From Candidatus Eiseniibacteriota bacterium (GTDB lineage: Bacteria; Eisenbacteria; RBG-16-71-46): 64,000 bases of DNA. Within the stretch, counting starts at the first letter, position 1, and the number at the start of each line of letters is the position of its first letter. The notes beneath the pieces are model-generated. The model was not told the origin of the DNA. It did no database searches and saw only the letters and a program-made list of their open reading frames with translations. The translations under genes and the position numbers were made by a program. This document shows positions 27,283-36,475 of this stretch, piece by piece. The stretch spans positions 992,001-1,056,000 of the forward strand of contig CAVSAC010000014.1 of NCBI GenBank assembly GCA_963725865.1, read 5' to 3'.

Positions 27283-27500
27283 TGCTCGAGCGGTCGTCGG
27301 GAGCGGCTGACCTGCTCCGACGGTGTCCTCCAGACCCGTTCCGCAAGTTCGCGGGGGCGGCGAGGAGCCGGGCATCCTCCGGGCTTCTAATCCACTTCGT
27401 CGGGCGAAGCCCTCCGGACGCCCGCCTCCTCGCCGCCTGCGCCCGACGAAGTGGATTAGCCCCCGGAGCAGGTCAGCCGCTCCCGACGAGCGCTCGAGCA
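27283..27500. repeat. Nested inverted-repeat element (MITE/REP-like or structured RNA)
   Basis: 37-bp outer IR (27283-27319 / 27464-27500, 1 mismatch); 20-bp perfect inner IR (27387-27406 / 27440-27459). Confidence 0.8.
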
Positions 27501-27590
27501 GGCGCCGCATGAGACTGAACTAGCACCGGATGAAACCGAGCGGACCACGGAGATCGCCAATCAGGGCCGGCCCGTGACCGGGCGCCGCGC

Positions 27591-29231
27591 CTACACGTCG
27601 GGCGTGGCGACCGGGGGCGGCTCGGCTGCGGGGGCCGGCTGCTCGGCGTACATGATGGCGAAGTAGTCGTTCACCATGCGGTCGGACGAGAACTGCGTCT
27701 CGCCCATCCGGACGCTCTCGACCATCATCCGTTGCCAGCGCGGCGGGTCGTTCCACGTCGGCAGCACCTCGCCCTCGAGCACCCGATAGAGGTTCTTCAG
27801 ATCGGTGTCGTCGTCCGTGTTCGTGTTGTCGCCGATCGCCCAGCCCGTCTCGCCGTGCCGGCAGCCCTCGGGCCACCAGCCGTCGAGGATGCTCAGGTTC
27901 AACACCCCGTTCATCGCGGCCTTCATGCCCGACGTGCCGCTCGCTTCGAGCGGGCGCGTCGGGTTGTTGAGCCACACGTCCGCGCCGCGCACCAGGGTGC
28001 GCGCGATCGCCATCTCGTAGTTCTCGATGAACACCACGCGGCCGGGGTGCTTCTGCTGCGATTTGACCAGCCGCGCCACGATCGCCTTGCCCGTGCGGTC
28101 GTCGGGGTGCGCCTTGCCCGAGAACAGCAGGTTCACCGGATGGTTCGCCAGCAGCCCCTCGAGCCGCACCTCGTCGCGCAGGATCAGGTCGCTGCGCTTG
28201 TAGCCCGCCGCCCGCCGCGCGAAGCCGATCGTGAGCGAGCCCGGATCCAGCTTCACGCCATTGCGGCGCTCCACCTCGGCGAGCAACTCGCCCTTCAGCA
28301 CCGCGTGCGACGCGGCCAGCTTCGCGGGGTCGTGCTGCGCCGCGCGGATGCGCGCATCCTGCCAGGTCGGCACGTGCACGCCGTTGGTGACGTGCGTGAT
28401 CGGCGCCGCATTGTCCACGTGCTTCCACATCGCCCGCGCAGTCTCGCCATGGAGCGCCGCGACCGCGTTCGCCTTGCGCGCCAGCCGCAGCCCCGCGACC
28501 GTCATGTTGAACGGATCGCCGCCCAGCGTGCGCATCTCGGCGCCCGACAACTGGAGGCAGGCGCCCATGCGCCGCAGCTCCTTCAACGGGTGCTCCTCGT
28601 TGCCCGCCAACACCGGCGTGTGGGTGGTGAACACGATGTGCCGGCGCACGGCGGCCCACGCGGCGGGGAAGTCGTAGTTGCGCTCCTCCATGCGCGAGCA
28701 GATCAGCTCGATGCCCGCGAAGACCGCGTGGCCTTCGTTGAAGTGGTAGGTCGAGATCGGGATGCCGAGCCAGTTCAGGGCGCGCACGCCGCCGATCCCG
28801 AGCAGCATCTCCTGCGCGATGCGCACGTCGGTGCCGGCCTCGTAGAGCCGGTGGGTGATCCACCGATCGGCCGCGTGGACGGGCTCGAGCAGGAAAAGCG
28901 GCACGTGCCCGTAGCGCTCGGTCCAGCGCACCGCGCACGTCACCTCGTTGCCGCGCACCCGGACCCGCACCCGCACGCCGGTGTCCTGCAGGAAGCCGTG
29001 ATCGTAGGTCGGATACTGATCGTAGGGCTGGCCGTCAGCGTCGATGCGCTGCTCGGAGAAGCCGCGCTCCCAGCGCAGCCCGACGCCCACCACGGGGCGC
29101 TTCAGGTCGTGCGCCGACTTGATGAAGTCGCCGGCCAGGATGCCGAGCCCGCCCGAGTAGATCGGGAACGACGGGTCGACACCGAACTCCATGCAGAAAT
29201 ACGCGACGTGCGGGGTGCGGCGGATGGGCAT
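27591..29231 (-). CDS. glgP: Alpha-glucan phosphorylase (compact form, 546 aa)
   Basis: AYFCMEFG, YSGGLGILAGD, HFNEGH, FTTHTP, TNGVH, GKAHP, EASGTSGMKA (PLP Lys). Confidence 0.95.
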   Translation of the reverse strand: MPIRRTPHVAYFCMEFGVDPSFPIYSGGLGILAGDFIKSAHDLKRPVVGVGLRWERGFSEQRIDADGQPYDQYPTYDHGFLQDTGVRVRVRVRGNEVTCAVRWTERYGHVPLFLLEPVHAADRWITHRLYEAGTDVRIAQEMLLGIGGVRALNWLGIPISTYHFNEGHAVFAGIELICSRMEERNYDFPAAWAAVRRHIVFTTHTPVLAGNEEHPLKELRRMGACLQLSGAEMRTLGGDPFNMTVAGLRLARKANAVAALHGETARAMWKHVDNAAPITHVTNGVHVPTWQDARIRAAQHDPAKLAASHAVLKGELLAEVERRNGVKLDPGSLTIGFARRAAGYKRSDLILRDEVRLEGLLANHPVNLLFSGKAHPDDRTGKAIVARLVKSQQKHPGRVVFIENYEMAIARTLVRGADVWLNNPTRPLEASGTSGMKAAMNGVLNLSILDGWWPEGCRHGETGWAIGDNTNTDDDTDLKNLYRVLEGEVLPTWNDPPRWQRMMVESVRMGETQFSSDRMVNDYFAIMYAEQPAPAAEPPPVATPDV

Positions 29232-29445
29232 GTAGGGCGCTCGCGACTAGGGACGCGTGGACATCGCCGGGCTCACGGGCGCGGGATTCTATGGTCTTGG
29301 AGGTCGGGTTGTCACGCGCGAGGGGCCGCGCACGCCGCTCCATCCACGTTGTCGGCCGACCAGCGCGCGGGCTGGAGCGACGCGTGATTTCCCCGCCGGC
29401 GACTCACCGGCTAGAGTGGCGCCCCACCATGGAAGGAGGCGCTGC

Positions 29446-30174
29446 ATGAACGACACGCGCGTCGTGCGCGGACTGCTGATGGCGGCCGCGCTCGTGATCG
29501 CGGGCTGGCTGGTCGGGCGGGGGCTGGTGCAATTCCGGGTCGGCGACCGCACCGTGAGCGTGAAGGGGGTCGCCGAGCGCACGGTGAAGGCGGACGTGGC
29601 GCTGTGGCCGCTGCGGCTGGTCGCCGCCGACAACGATCTGGTGGTGGCGCAGCGGCGCATCCAGCAGAACCGGCGCACCGTGGCCACGTTCCTGCAGGTG
29701 CACGGCATCGACTCCAGCCACGTCGAGCTCCAGGGGATCTCGGCCACCGACACGCGCGCCAACGCTTACGGCGACGGCGGCCGCACGCCGATGAACCGGT
29801 ACATCGTGAACATGACGCTCATGGTGCGCACCGGTGACGTCGACCGGCTCGCGACCGCCAGCCAGGACGTCGGCGACCTGTTGGCGGCCGGCGTGGTGTT
29901 CTCGAGCGGCGAGTACGGCGGGAGCGGGCCCACCTACCTGTTCACGCGCCTCAACGATCTCAAGCCGGAGATGCTCGCCGAGGCCAACGCGAACGCGAAG
30001 AAGGCCGCGGAGGAGTTCGCGCGGTCGTCGCGGGCTCAGGTGGGCGGTATCCGGCGCGCCTACCAGGGCGTGTTCGAGATCCTCGCGCGCGATCCGGCGC
30101 CCGGCATCATGCAGGAGAGCCAGATCCAGAAGACGCTGCGCGTGGTGACGACCGTGGAGTACGGGTTGCGCTGA
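29446..30174 (+). CDS. SIMPL (DUF541) domain protein
   Basis: VSVKGVAER.VKAD.A.W, YLFT.LN.LKPEML.EA, QG.FEI, K.LRVV.TVEY; AAGGAGG RBS. Confidence 0.85.
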   Translation: MNDTRVVRGLLMAAALVIAGWLVGRGLVQFRVGDRTVSVKGVAERTVKADVALWPLRLVAADNDLVVAQRRIQQNRRTVATFLQVHGIDSSHVELQGISATDTRANAYGDGGRTPMNRYIVNMTLMVRTGDVDRLATASQDVGDLLAAGVVFSSGEYGGSGPTYLFTRLNDLKPEMLAEANANAKKAAEEFARSSRAQVGGIRRAYQGVFEILARDPAPGIMQESQIQKTLRVVTTVEYGLR

Positions 30175-30264
30175 GCCGCGTCCCGCGCCGCGAGGCGCCC
30201 GCTGGTCCGATCGCCGCCCGCGCATCCGCGGGCGGCGTTCGCGCGTCCGGCGCGGCGGAGGCGA

Positions 30265-30624
30265 TCAGCTCTTGATCCACATCCGCAGGGCGATGAGCAC
30301 CATGAACACCGCGAACGAGCGCTGCAACACGCGCGGCGAGAGGCTCAGCCCGAGCTTGGCGCCGAACAGCGCGCCGATGAACAGCCCCAGCGCGATCCAC
30401 AGCGACGCGCTGATCTGCAGTTCGCCGCGCTGCCAGTACTGCCACGCGCCGAGCAGTCCGACCGGCAGCAGCAGGGCACCGAGCGAGGTCCCGGTGGCGA
30501 GCTGCGGCTTCATGCCCACGAGCAGGATGAGCGCGGGCACGATGACGATGCCGCCGCCGATTCCGAACAGTCCGGAGAGGACCCCGGCGGCGAGACCGAG
30601 CAGCAGGAAGAGGGCGGTGTTCAT
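30265..30624 (-). CDS. Sulfite exporter TauE/SafE family protein (half-size)
   Basis: AGVLSGLFGIGGGIVIVP, ATGTSL; four TM segments. Confidence 0.85.
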   Translation of the reverse strand: MNTALFLLLGLAAGVLSGLFGIGGGIVIVPALILLVGMKPQLATGTSLGALLLPVGLLGAWQYWQRGELQISASLWIALGLFIGALFGAKLGLSLSPRVLQRSFAVFMVLIALRMWIKS

Positions 30625-30654
30625 GGAGCCTCCGGGAGTGGCGATCGGACCGGG

Positions 30655-30849
30655 TCAGGTCCGCATGTGTGGGTCACGCCGCACCACGATGGTGTTCGCG
30701 ATCATGTCGTGGACGCACTGGTGGCGGCTGGTGAAGAGCCCGATGATCAGGTCGAAGGGGACGATGCGTCCAGCGGACCGCAGCAGCCCGGCGTCCTGCA
30801 GCGGCGACTCGGCGGAGGCGGAGGCAACGGACGCGACGCGGTCATCCAT
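30655..30849 (-). pseudogene. RDD-family C-terminal remnant
   Basis: AGLLRS...GLFTSRHQCVHDMIANTIVV matches the RDD C-terminal (R/H)QxxHDxxAxTxVV pattern; the N-terminal part is missing. Confidence 0.5.
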
Positions 30850-30866
30850 GCGACATCGCGCCCCGC

Positions 30867-32207
30867 CTACGCCCCGCTGCTGCTGACGGCGGTGTCCGCG
30901 GCGCCGCCCTCGACCACCCAGCGCACACCCTTCGAGCACGGGCAGGTGCCGCCCACGCGCTTGAGCTTCGGCATCGCCATGATCGCGTCCTTCACCGTCA
31001 GCGTGCCCGCCGCGACCCCGCGCAGCGCCTTTGCGTAGTTCGTCATGTCGCGGCTGGCGACGTAGCCCTCGTTGAGCTGCTTCGCGAGGTAGCGCAGGTA
31101 CTCCTCGGCGTCGGTGAACGCCTCGCCGTCGACGCCCACCATCTGGAAGGCCGACTCGCCCTTGCGGCGGAAGAACCGCCGGTCGGGCGTGCGCAGCAGG
31201 TCCTCGCACCGCACGCCGCGGTGCACGCCGTGGTCGCCCTGAATCGCTGCCAGCGCCTGCTCGGCCTGCTCCGGCGTGTACTCGGGGAAGCGCGCGCGCA
31301 GGAAGCGCAGGTTGATGTCGCGCATCATGCGCCGGACCTCCTCGATGTAGCGGTCCTGCGCCTCGCGGTTCTTGAGGTCCTTGAACCCGAACTTCACGTT
31401 GGTGTCGCCGCCGCGCTCGTCGCCGAACATCTCGAGCGCGCGCGGGAACCACTTGCTGACCGCGCGCTGGATCGCCTGCATGGTGATGAACGGGTCGCCC
31501 TGCGCGGCCTTCTGCGCCCAGCGCCGCATCGGAATCACCCCGGCCGCGAGGTGGAACGCCTCCTCGCGCAGCATGTGCGGCATGCTATCGGCCATCGGCT
31601 TGTACGCGCAGACCTTCTGCATCGTGAGCTGGTACTTGCCGACGCGGTCGACCAGCGCGGCGAACACGATGTTGTCGATGAACGAGTCGTAGTCGAGGTT
31701 GAACGCGTCGAGGACGTGGTTGCCCGTCTGCATCGACAGGATCTCCTCGACCATCTGCTCGCCGGTCACGCCGCCCGAGACGTGCGACCAGTCCTTCGAC
31801 AGCAGCAGGTGGAGCATCTGGTAGCCGTGGCGCAGCTCCTCGGCCATCACGCGCAGCACCCAGGTGCGGTCCTGGTCGTCGGTCGCGCGCTCGAGGGTGC
31901 CGGCGTGCTGCTGGATGGAGCCGAACTCGGTCGAGGCCTGCGCCTTGATGATCGCGAGCAGGTGGCGCGCCTCCTCCTCGCTCATCTCGTCGGGATTCTG
32001 GCGCTTCTTCTGGCCCGCGTGGTCGCCGATCTGGATCAGGTCGGAAGTGCCGATCTCCATCTTGGCGCAGAGGCAGAACTCCTCGTCGGTCGGAAAATAG
32101 GCCTGCCAGTTCGCCAGCAGGGACTCGTAGTCCTTGAAGTTGTGGCGCCGCCAGTGCTCGACCGCGGAGTGGTACTTCTTCTCGAGCGTGATGTTTTCGA
32201 CCTTCAT
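30867..32207 (-). CDS. BoxB/PaaA-like ferritin-fold di-iron protein (aryl-CoA epoxidase family)
   Basis: Di-iron ligand pattern STEFGSIQQ, EELRHG, VDRVGKYQL, EEAFH, compared with BoxB DTEPASVEQQ, EEGRH, DRDG, EEAHH. Confidence 0.75.
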   Translation of the reverse strand: MKVENITLEKKYHSAVEHWRRHNFKDYESLLANWQAYFPTDEEFCLCAKMEIGTSDLIQIGDHAGQKKRQNPDEMSEEEARHLLAIIKAQASTEFGSIQQHAGTLERATDDQDRTWVLRVMAEELRHGYQMLHLLLSKDWSHVSGGVTGEQMVEEILSMQTGNHVLDAFNLDYDSFIDNIVFAALVDRVGKYQLTMQKVCAYKPMADSMPHMLREEAFHLAAGVIPMRRWAQKAAQGDPFITMQAIQRAVSKWFPRALEMFGDERGGDTNVKFGFKDLKNREAQDRYIEEVRRMMRDINLRFLRARFPEYTPEQAEQALAAIQGDHGVHRGVRCEDLLRTPDRRFFRRKGESAFQMVGVDGEAFTDAEEYLRYLAKQLNEGYVASRDMTNYAKALRGVAAGTLTVKDAIMAMPKLKRVGGTCPCSKGVRWVVEGGAADTAVSSSGA

Positions 32208-32680
32208 CGACTCGTCTCCTCGGCCGTGGGGGTGAGCCGCACCTCGAGCGCCTGCAGCGGCGAGGGCGCGAATCCGAGCTTCTCCAGGAATCCGGCCACC
32301 GCGGTGTCCTTGCGGTCGACCAGCGTGCGCACCGTGGTCGCTCCGCGCGTGCGGAAGTGCGTCACCATCGCGTCATACATCGCGCGGCCCAGGTCGCGGC
32401 CGCGGCAGTCGGGGTCGATGCCGAAGCGCTCGATCCAGCCGCTGGTCTCCTCGAGCCCGAACTCGCCCGCGCGCAGGTCGCCAAGCATGAATCCCACGAC
32501 CTTGCCGTCCACCTCGCACACCTGCGAGCCCTCGGGATCGCGCCGCAGGTAGAACACCACGCGCTGCTCCCAGAACTCGGGGCGATAGGTGCCGGAGATG
32601 CGCTCGTCGATCTTCACGATGGCGCCGAGGTCGAGCTCGTCGAGCGGGCGCACGCGGGTTCCGGCCTGGACGTCGGGCAT
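32204..32680 (-). CDS. GNAT family acetyltransferase
   Basis: VVGFMLG, WIERFGIDPDCRGRDLG, FLEKLGF; 4-nt overlap with the BoxB-like gene; GGAGG RBS. Confidence 0.85.
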   Translation of the reverse strand: MPDVQAGTRVRPLDELDLGAIVKIDERISGTYRPEFWEQRVVFYLRRDPEGSQVCEVDGKVVGFMLGDLRAGEFGLEETSGWIERFGIDPDCRGRDLGRAMYDAMVTHFRTRGATTVRTLVDRKDTAVAGFLEKLGFAPSPLQALEVRLTPTAEETSR

Positions 32681-32792
32681 CGGGACGGACCTCCATGGAC
32701 GGGGGCGAGGGACGGAGCGGCTCGAAAGCGCGAAGACACTAGCAGCCCGCGCGGGCGGCGGGTAGGGGGAACCGCGGCCCCCGGGGACATTC

Positions 32793-32811
32793 GACGAACG
32801 AGCGTTCAGTC
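32793..32811. promoter_or_regulatory. Palindromic operator candidate between divergent genes
   Basis: GAC-GAACG-AG-CGTTC-A-GTC. Confidence 0.5.
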
Positions 32812-33013
32812 TGATGCGCCCACCCGGGGAAGGATGTGGGCGGAGGGCGCGCGGTTCCGGGGCGGCCCGGCGCCCGCGTGGTCCGGCCGGGGAGCGCATC
32901 CCTGTGACGGAGCGCGCGTTCGCGACTCCCTCCAACGAGCACCGAGAGACTCGTTGCATGTCCGCCGCCCCGGACGGAGACTGCCGTTCCCTTCCCCCTT
33001 GGAGGTCGACGCC

Positions 33014-36000
33014 ATGAAGGACGCTCCCCGTCGTTCCGCGCTCTCCGTTCTCATCCTGCTCCTCGTGTTCGCTGCCACCGCCAGCGCCGCGCCGGTGCGC
33101 GGCCCCGCCGCGCGCGGCGACCTCGCGCGCCGGCTCGCCCACGTGCCGCGCGCGACCAGCGCGACCAGCGCGACCACTGCGAGCACCGTCGCCGCGCCCC
33201 GGGGCGCTGCGCCCACGCGCGCGCTGTCGGTGCCCGATGGCGCGGGCGGCATGTACTACACCTGGCCCGACCCGCGCGATGGCAGCTCGGACATCTACCT
33301 GCAGCGCTTCACCGGCGCCGGCGCGGTCGCGGCCGGCTGGCCCGCGAACGGGCTGGCAGTGTGCACCGAGCCCGGCGAGCAGTTCGCGTCCGGCCTGGTG
33401 TCCGACGGCTCCAACGGCGTGATCGTGGTGTGGCAGGACTTCCGCGACGGCATGGTGAGCGGCGACGAGTACGCGCAGCGCGTGACCTCCGCCGGCACCG
33501 CGCTGTGGACCGCGGGCGGACGCAAGGTCGTCAGCGGCGTGATCCTGCCCCCCGTGCTCGCGCCGGATGGCAGCGGCGGACTGCTGGCGGCATGGTTCGA
33601 GCAGGGCCCGACCGACTTCGACATCCGCGCCGTGCGCCTCGCCGCCGCCACCGGCGCGGTGGCCGCCGGCTGGGGCACGGCCGGTGTGTCAGTGTGCACC
33701 GCCCCGCTTGATCAGTTGTTCCCCGCCATCACCAACGACGGCGCTGGCGGCGCCATCATCGCGTGGGAGGACGCGCGCAGTGTCCCCGACGCCATTTACG
33801 CCCAGCGCATCGACGGCGCCGGCGTGGCGCAGTGGACGGCCGATGGGGTGCAAGTCGACCCGGGCACCGGCCAGCCGAACACCGCGGGGATCTGCAGCGA
33901 CGGCGCGGGCGGGGCGATCGTCACCTGGCTCGACTTGCCCGGGGTGCTCGGCCAGCGCGTCAATGGCGCGGGCGTGGCGCAATGGGGCGCGGCCGGCGTG
34001 ACGGTCAGCCCGACCCCGCTCGGCGGCTCGACCTTCGGCAACGTGGTGGTCGCCGACGGACTCGGCGGCGCGATCGTGGGCTGGACCAATTCCGCGGCCA
34101 CCACCGACACGCTTTACGCACAGCGCGTCAACGGCAGCGGCGCGCGCCAGTGGGGCACCGCGCCGGTCCCGATCTGGGCGAGCACCACCGACCTGTTCGC
34201 GGAGCTCGGCGATGTCGTGCCCGACGGCGCCGGCGGCGCGTTCTTCGTGGGTGATGACGACCGCCTCACCCCCAACTACCCCGACGTCTACGCCCAGCGC
34301 GTCAACGCGAGCGGCGCCCCGCAGTGGGTGGCGAACGGCCTCACCGTGTGCAACGCCAGCGGCGCGCAGTTCGGCGCCACCGCCGCGCTCGACGGCGCCG
34401 GCGGCGTGCTGGTCGCGTGGCTCGACTTCCGCAACTCCTCGGTGGACGTGTACGCGCAGCGCCTCAACGCCGCGGGCAGTGCGCAGTGGACCGCGAACGG
34501 CGCCGGAATCTACAAGGACCCGGGAGTGCAGCTCGGCTCGCCCGCGATCCCGGACGGCGCCGGCGGCACATTCGTGGTGTGGCACGAGAAGCGCGGCGGC
34601 CAATTCGACCTGCGCGCGCGCCGCATCAACTCCTCCGGCGCCCCGGTGACCGGCGCGGTTGACGTGTGCAACGCGACCGGCAGCCAGTTCGTCCAGGATG
34701 TCATCGCCGACGGCGCGGGCGGTGTGATCGTGCTGTGGCAGGACGAGCGCGGCGCCAGCAAGTACGATTTCTACGCGCAGCGCCTCAACGCCTCGTGCGT
34801 GCCGCAGTGGACCGCGAACGGCGTGGTGGTGACCGCGGCCGCCGGCGAGCGGGACAACGCGCGCATGGTGACCGACGGTGCCGGCGGGGCCATCATCACC
34901 TGGCACGACATGCGCAACCCGAGTGACGCCGACATCTACGCCCAGCGCATCAACGGTGCGGGCGTGGCGCAGTGGACCGCCAACGGCCTCGGCGTGTGCG
35001 TGATCGCGGGCACCCAGAGCCAGCCCGGGATCGCCAGCGACGGTGCCGGCGGAGCCATCATCTCCTGGTTCGATGGACGCAGCTTCCTGGCGCTCGGGAT
35101 CTACGCCCAGCGCCTGAACGGCGCCGGCAGCCCGGCGTGGACCGCCAACGGCGTGAGCGTGATGAGCACCACGGCCTTCGGCCAAGGCGTGGTGGGCGCG
35201 GTCTCCGACGGCGCCAGCGGCGCGATCGTGCTGTTCTCGGAGCAGGTCTTCAACCCGGTCACGTTCTCGACCAGCGCCAACATCCTCACCGCGCAGCGCA
35301 TCGGCCCGACCGGCGCCACGCCGTGGGGCGCCACGGGGGTCACGGTGTGCGACGCCGGGGCGCTGATCGAGAACCCCCAGCTGGTGACCGACAATGCGAG
35401 TGGCGCGATCGTGGCGTGGTCGGACGGCCGCGCGTCGACCGATGACATCTACGCCCAGCGCATCACGGCCGCCGGCAGCGCGTCGTGGACCGCGAACGGC
35501 GTGGCGGTGTGCAACGCCTCAGACTGGCAGACGCTGAGCCAGGTCGTCGCGGACGGCAGCGGCGGCGCGATCCTCGGCTGGAGCGACGCGCGCAGCGGCG
35601 GCTTCTACGACGTCTACGCCCAGCGCGTCAACGGCGCGGGCGCCGCGCAGTGGACCGCGAACGGCGTCGCGCTGTGCACCGCCTCGAACGGACAGTACGG
35701 CGCCAGCGTGGCGGGCGACGGCGCCGGCGGCGCGATCCTGGCGTGGACCGACGACCGCGCGACGCCGACGCGCTACATCTACGCCGGCCGACTGAGCAGC
35801 ACCGGCACGACGATGTGGTCGACCGACGGCGTGACCGCGGTGACCGTGGCGCTGGTGAGCGCCGAGGTGGTGGCCGGTCACGCGCGCCTGGCGTGGGAGG
35901 TCTCGACCAGCGCGCCGGTGACGGTCTTCCGCCGCACCGCTGCCTCGGCCTGGGCGCCGCTCGCCGAATTGGTGCCCGACGGCGATGGCCGCGTGGTGTT

Positions 36001-36373
36001 CGACGACGCCGAGGTGGTCGCGGGCACCCGCTACGGCTACCGGCTCGGCCTGACCGACAACGGTGCCATGACCTACGGCGGTGAGACCTGGCTCGAGCTG
36101 CCCAACGCACTCTCGCTCGCCCTCGCCGCGCCGCGGCCCAACCCGGTGGTCGGCGATCTGGTGCTCACGTTCACGCTTCCCAGCAGCGCACCGGCGCGGC
36201 TCGAGATCCTCGACGTGAGCGGGCGGCGGGTGGCCGCGCGCGAGGTCGGCGGCTTCGGCGCCGGATCCCATACGCTGCGCCTCGCCGGGGTGCGGCCGGG
36301 TGCCGGGCTCTACTTCGTGCGCCTCACCCAGGGCGCGGGCTCGGCGACCACGCGAGCGGTGTTCGCACCGTAG
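33014..36373 (+). CDS. Large secreted repeat protein (16 DGAGG repeats) with C-terminal FlgD/T9SS-like domain
   Basis: GGAGG RBS; signal peptide; about 60-aa repeats DGAGGAIIxWxDxR...DIYAQRxNxxGxxQW; C-terminal PRPNP...LEILDVSGRRV...GLYFVRL. Confidence 0.85.
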   Translation: MKDAPRRSALSVLILLLVFAATASAAPVRGPAARGDLARRLAHVPRATSATSATTASTVAAPRGAAPTRALSVPDGAGGMYYTWPDPRDGSSDIYLQRFTGAGAVAAGWPANGLAVCTEPGEQFASGLVSDGSNGVIVVWQDFRDGMVSGDEYAQRVTSAGTALWTAGGRKVVSGVILPPVLAPDGSGGLLAAWFEQGPTDFDIRAVRLAAATGAVAAGWGTAGVSVCTAPLDQLFPAITNDGAGGAIIAWEDARSVPDAIYAQRIDGAGVAQWTADGVQVDPGTGQPNTAGICSDGAGGAIVTWLDLPGVLGQRVNGAGVAQWGAAGVTVSPTPLGGSTFGNVVVADGLGGAIVGWTNSAATTDTLYAQRVNGSGARQWGTAPVPIWASTTDLFAELGDVVPDGAGGAFFVGDDDRLTPNYPDVYAQRVNASGAPQWVANGLTVCNASGAQFGATAALDGAGGVLVAWLDFRNSSVDVYAQRLNAAGSAQWTANGAGIYKDPGVQLGSPAIPDGAGGTFVVWHEKRGGQFDLRARRINSSGAPVTGAVDVCNATGSQFVQDVIADGAGGVIVLWQDERGASKYDFYAQRLNASCVPQWTANGVVVTAAAGERDNARMVTDGAGGAIITWHDMRNPSDADIYAQRINGAGVAQWTANGLGVCVIAGTQSQPGIASDGAGGAIISWFDGRSFLALGIYAQRLNGAGSPAWTANGVSVMSTTAFGQGVVGAVSDGASGAIVLFSEQVFNPVTFSTSANILTAQRIGPTGATPWGATGVTVCDAGALIENPQLVTDNASGAIVAWSDGRASTDDIYAQRITAAGSASWTANGVAVCNASDWQTLSQVVADGSGGAILGWSDARSGGFYDVYAQRVNGAGAAQWTANGVALCTASNGQYGASVAGDGAGGAILAWTDDRATPTRYIYAGRLSSTGTTMWSTDGVTAVTVALVSAEVVAGHARLAWEVSTSAPVTVFRRTAASAWAPLAELVPDGDGRVVFDDAEVVAGTRYGYRLGLTDNGAMTYGGETWLELPNALSLALAAPRPNPVVGDLVLTFTLPSSAPARLEILDVSGRRVAAREVGGFGAGSHTLRLAGVRPGAGLYFVRLTQGAGSATTRAVFAP

Positions 36374-36391
36374 CGCGGCGCGACGCGCGAA

Positions 36392-36428
36392 GGCCGCCCG
36401 GAGAGTCGTCCGGGCGGCCGTTCGCTTC
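36392..36428 (+). terminator. Terminator hairpin
   Basis: GGCCGCCCGGA / TCCGGGCGGCC followed by GTTCGCTTC. Confidence 0.6.
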
Positions 36429-36475
36429 GACGCGCGGGGGACTCTGACGCGCCGGCGGCCGTCATCGACGACGGC

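Noticed and set aside
27591..29231. Short GlgP as a possible pseudogene
   Set aside because: All catalytic and PLP motifs are present in one intact frame; compact phosphorylases are plausible
32357..33013. N-terminal extensions given by the ORF track for the DGAGG protein (similarly 46032-47816, 40522-41331, 4712-5998)
   Set aside because: They overlap neighbouring genes; RBS, promoter or signal-peptide evidence supports the downstream starts
33230..35830. Regularly spaced DNA repeats (e.g. TACGCCCAGCGC) suggestive of a CRISPR array
   Set aside because: They are in-frame protein repeats with synonymous variation; no cas genes and no constant repeat-spacer structure
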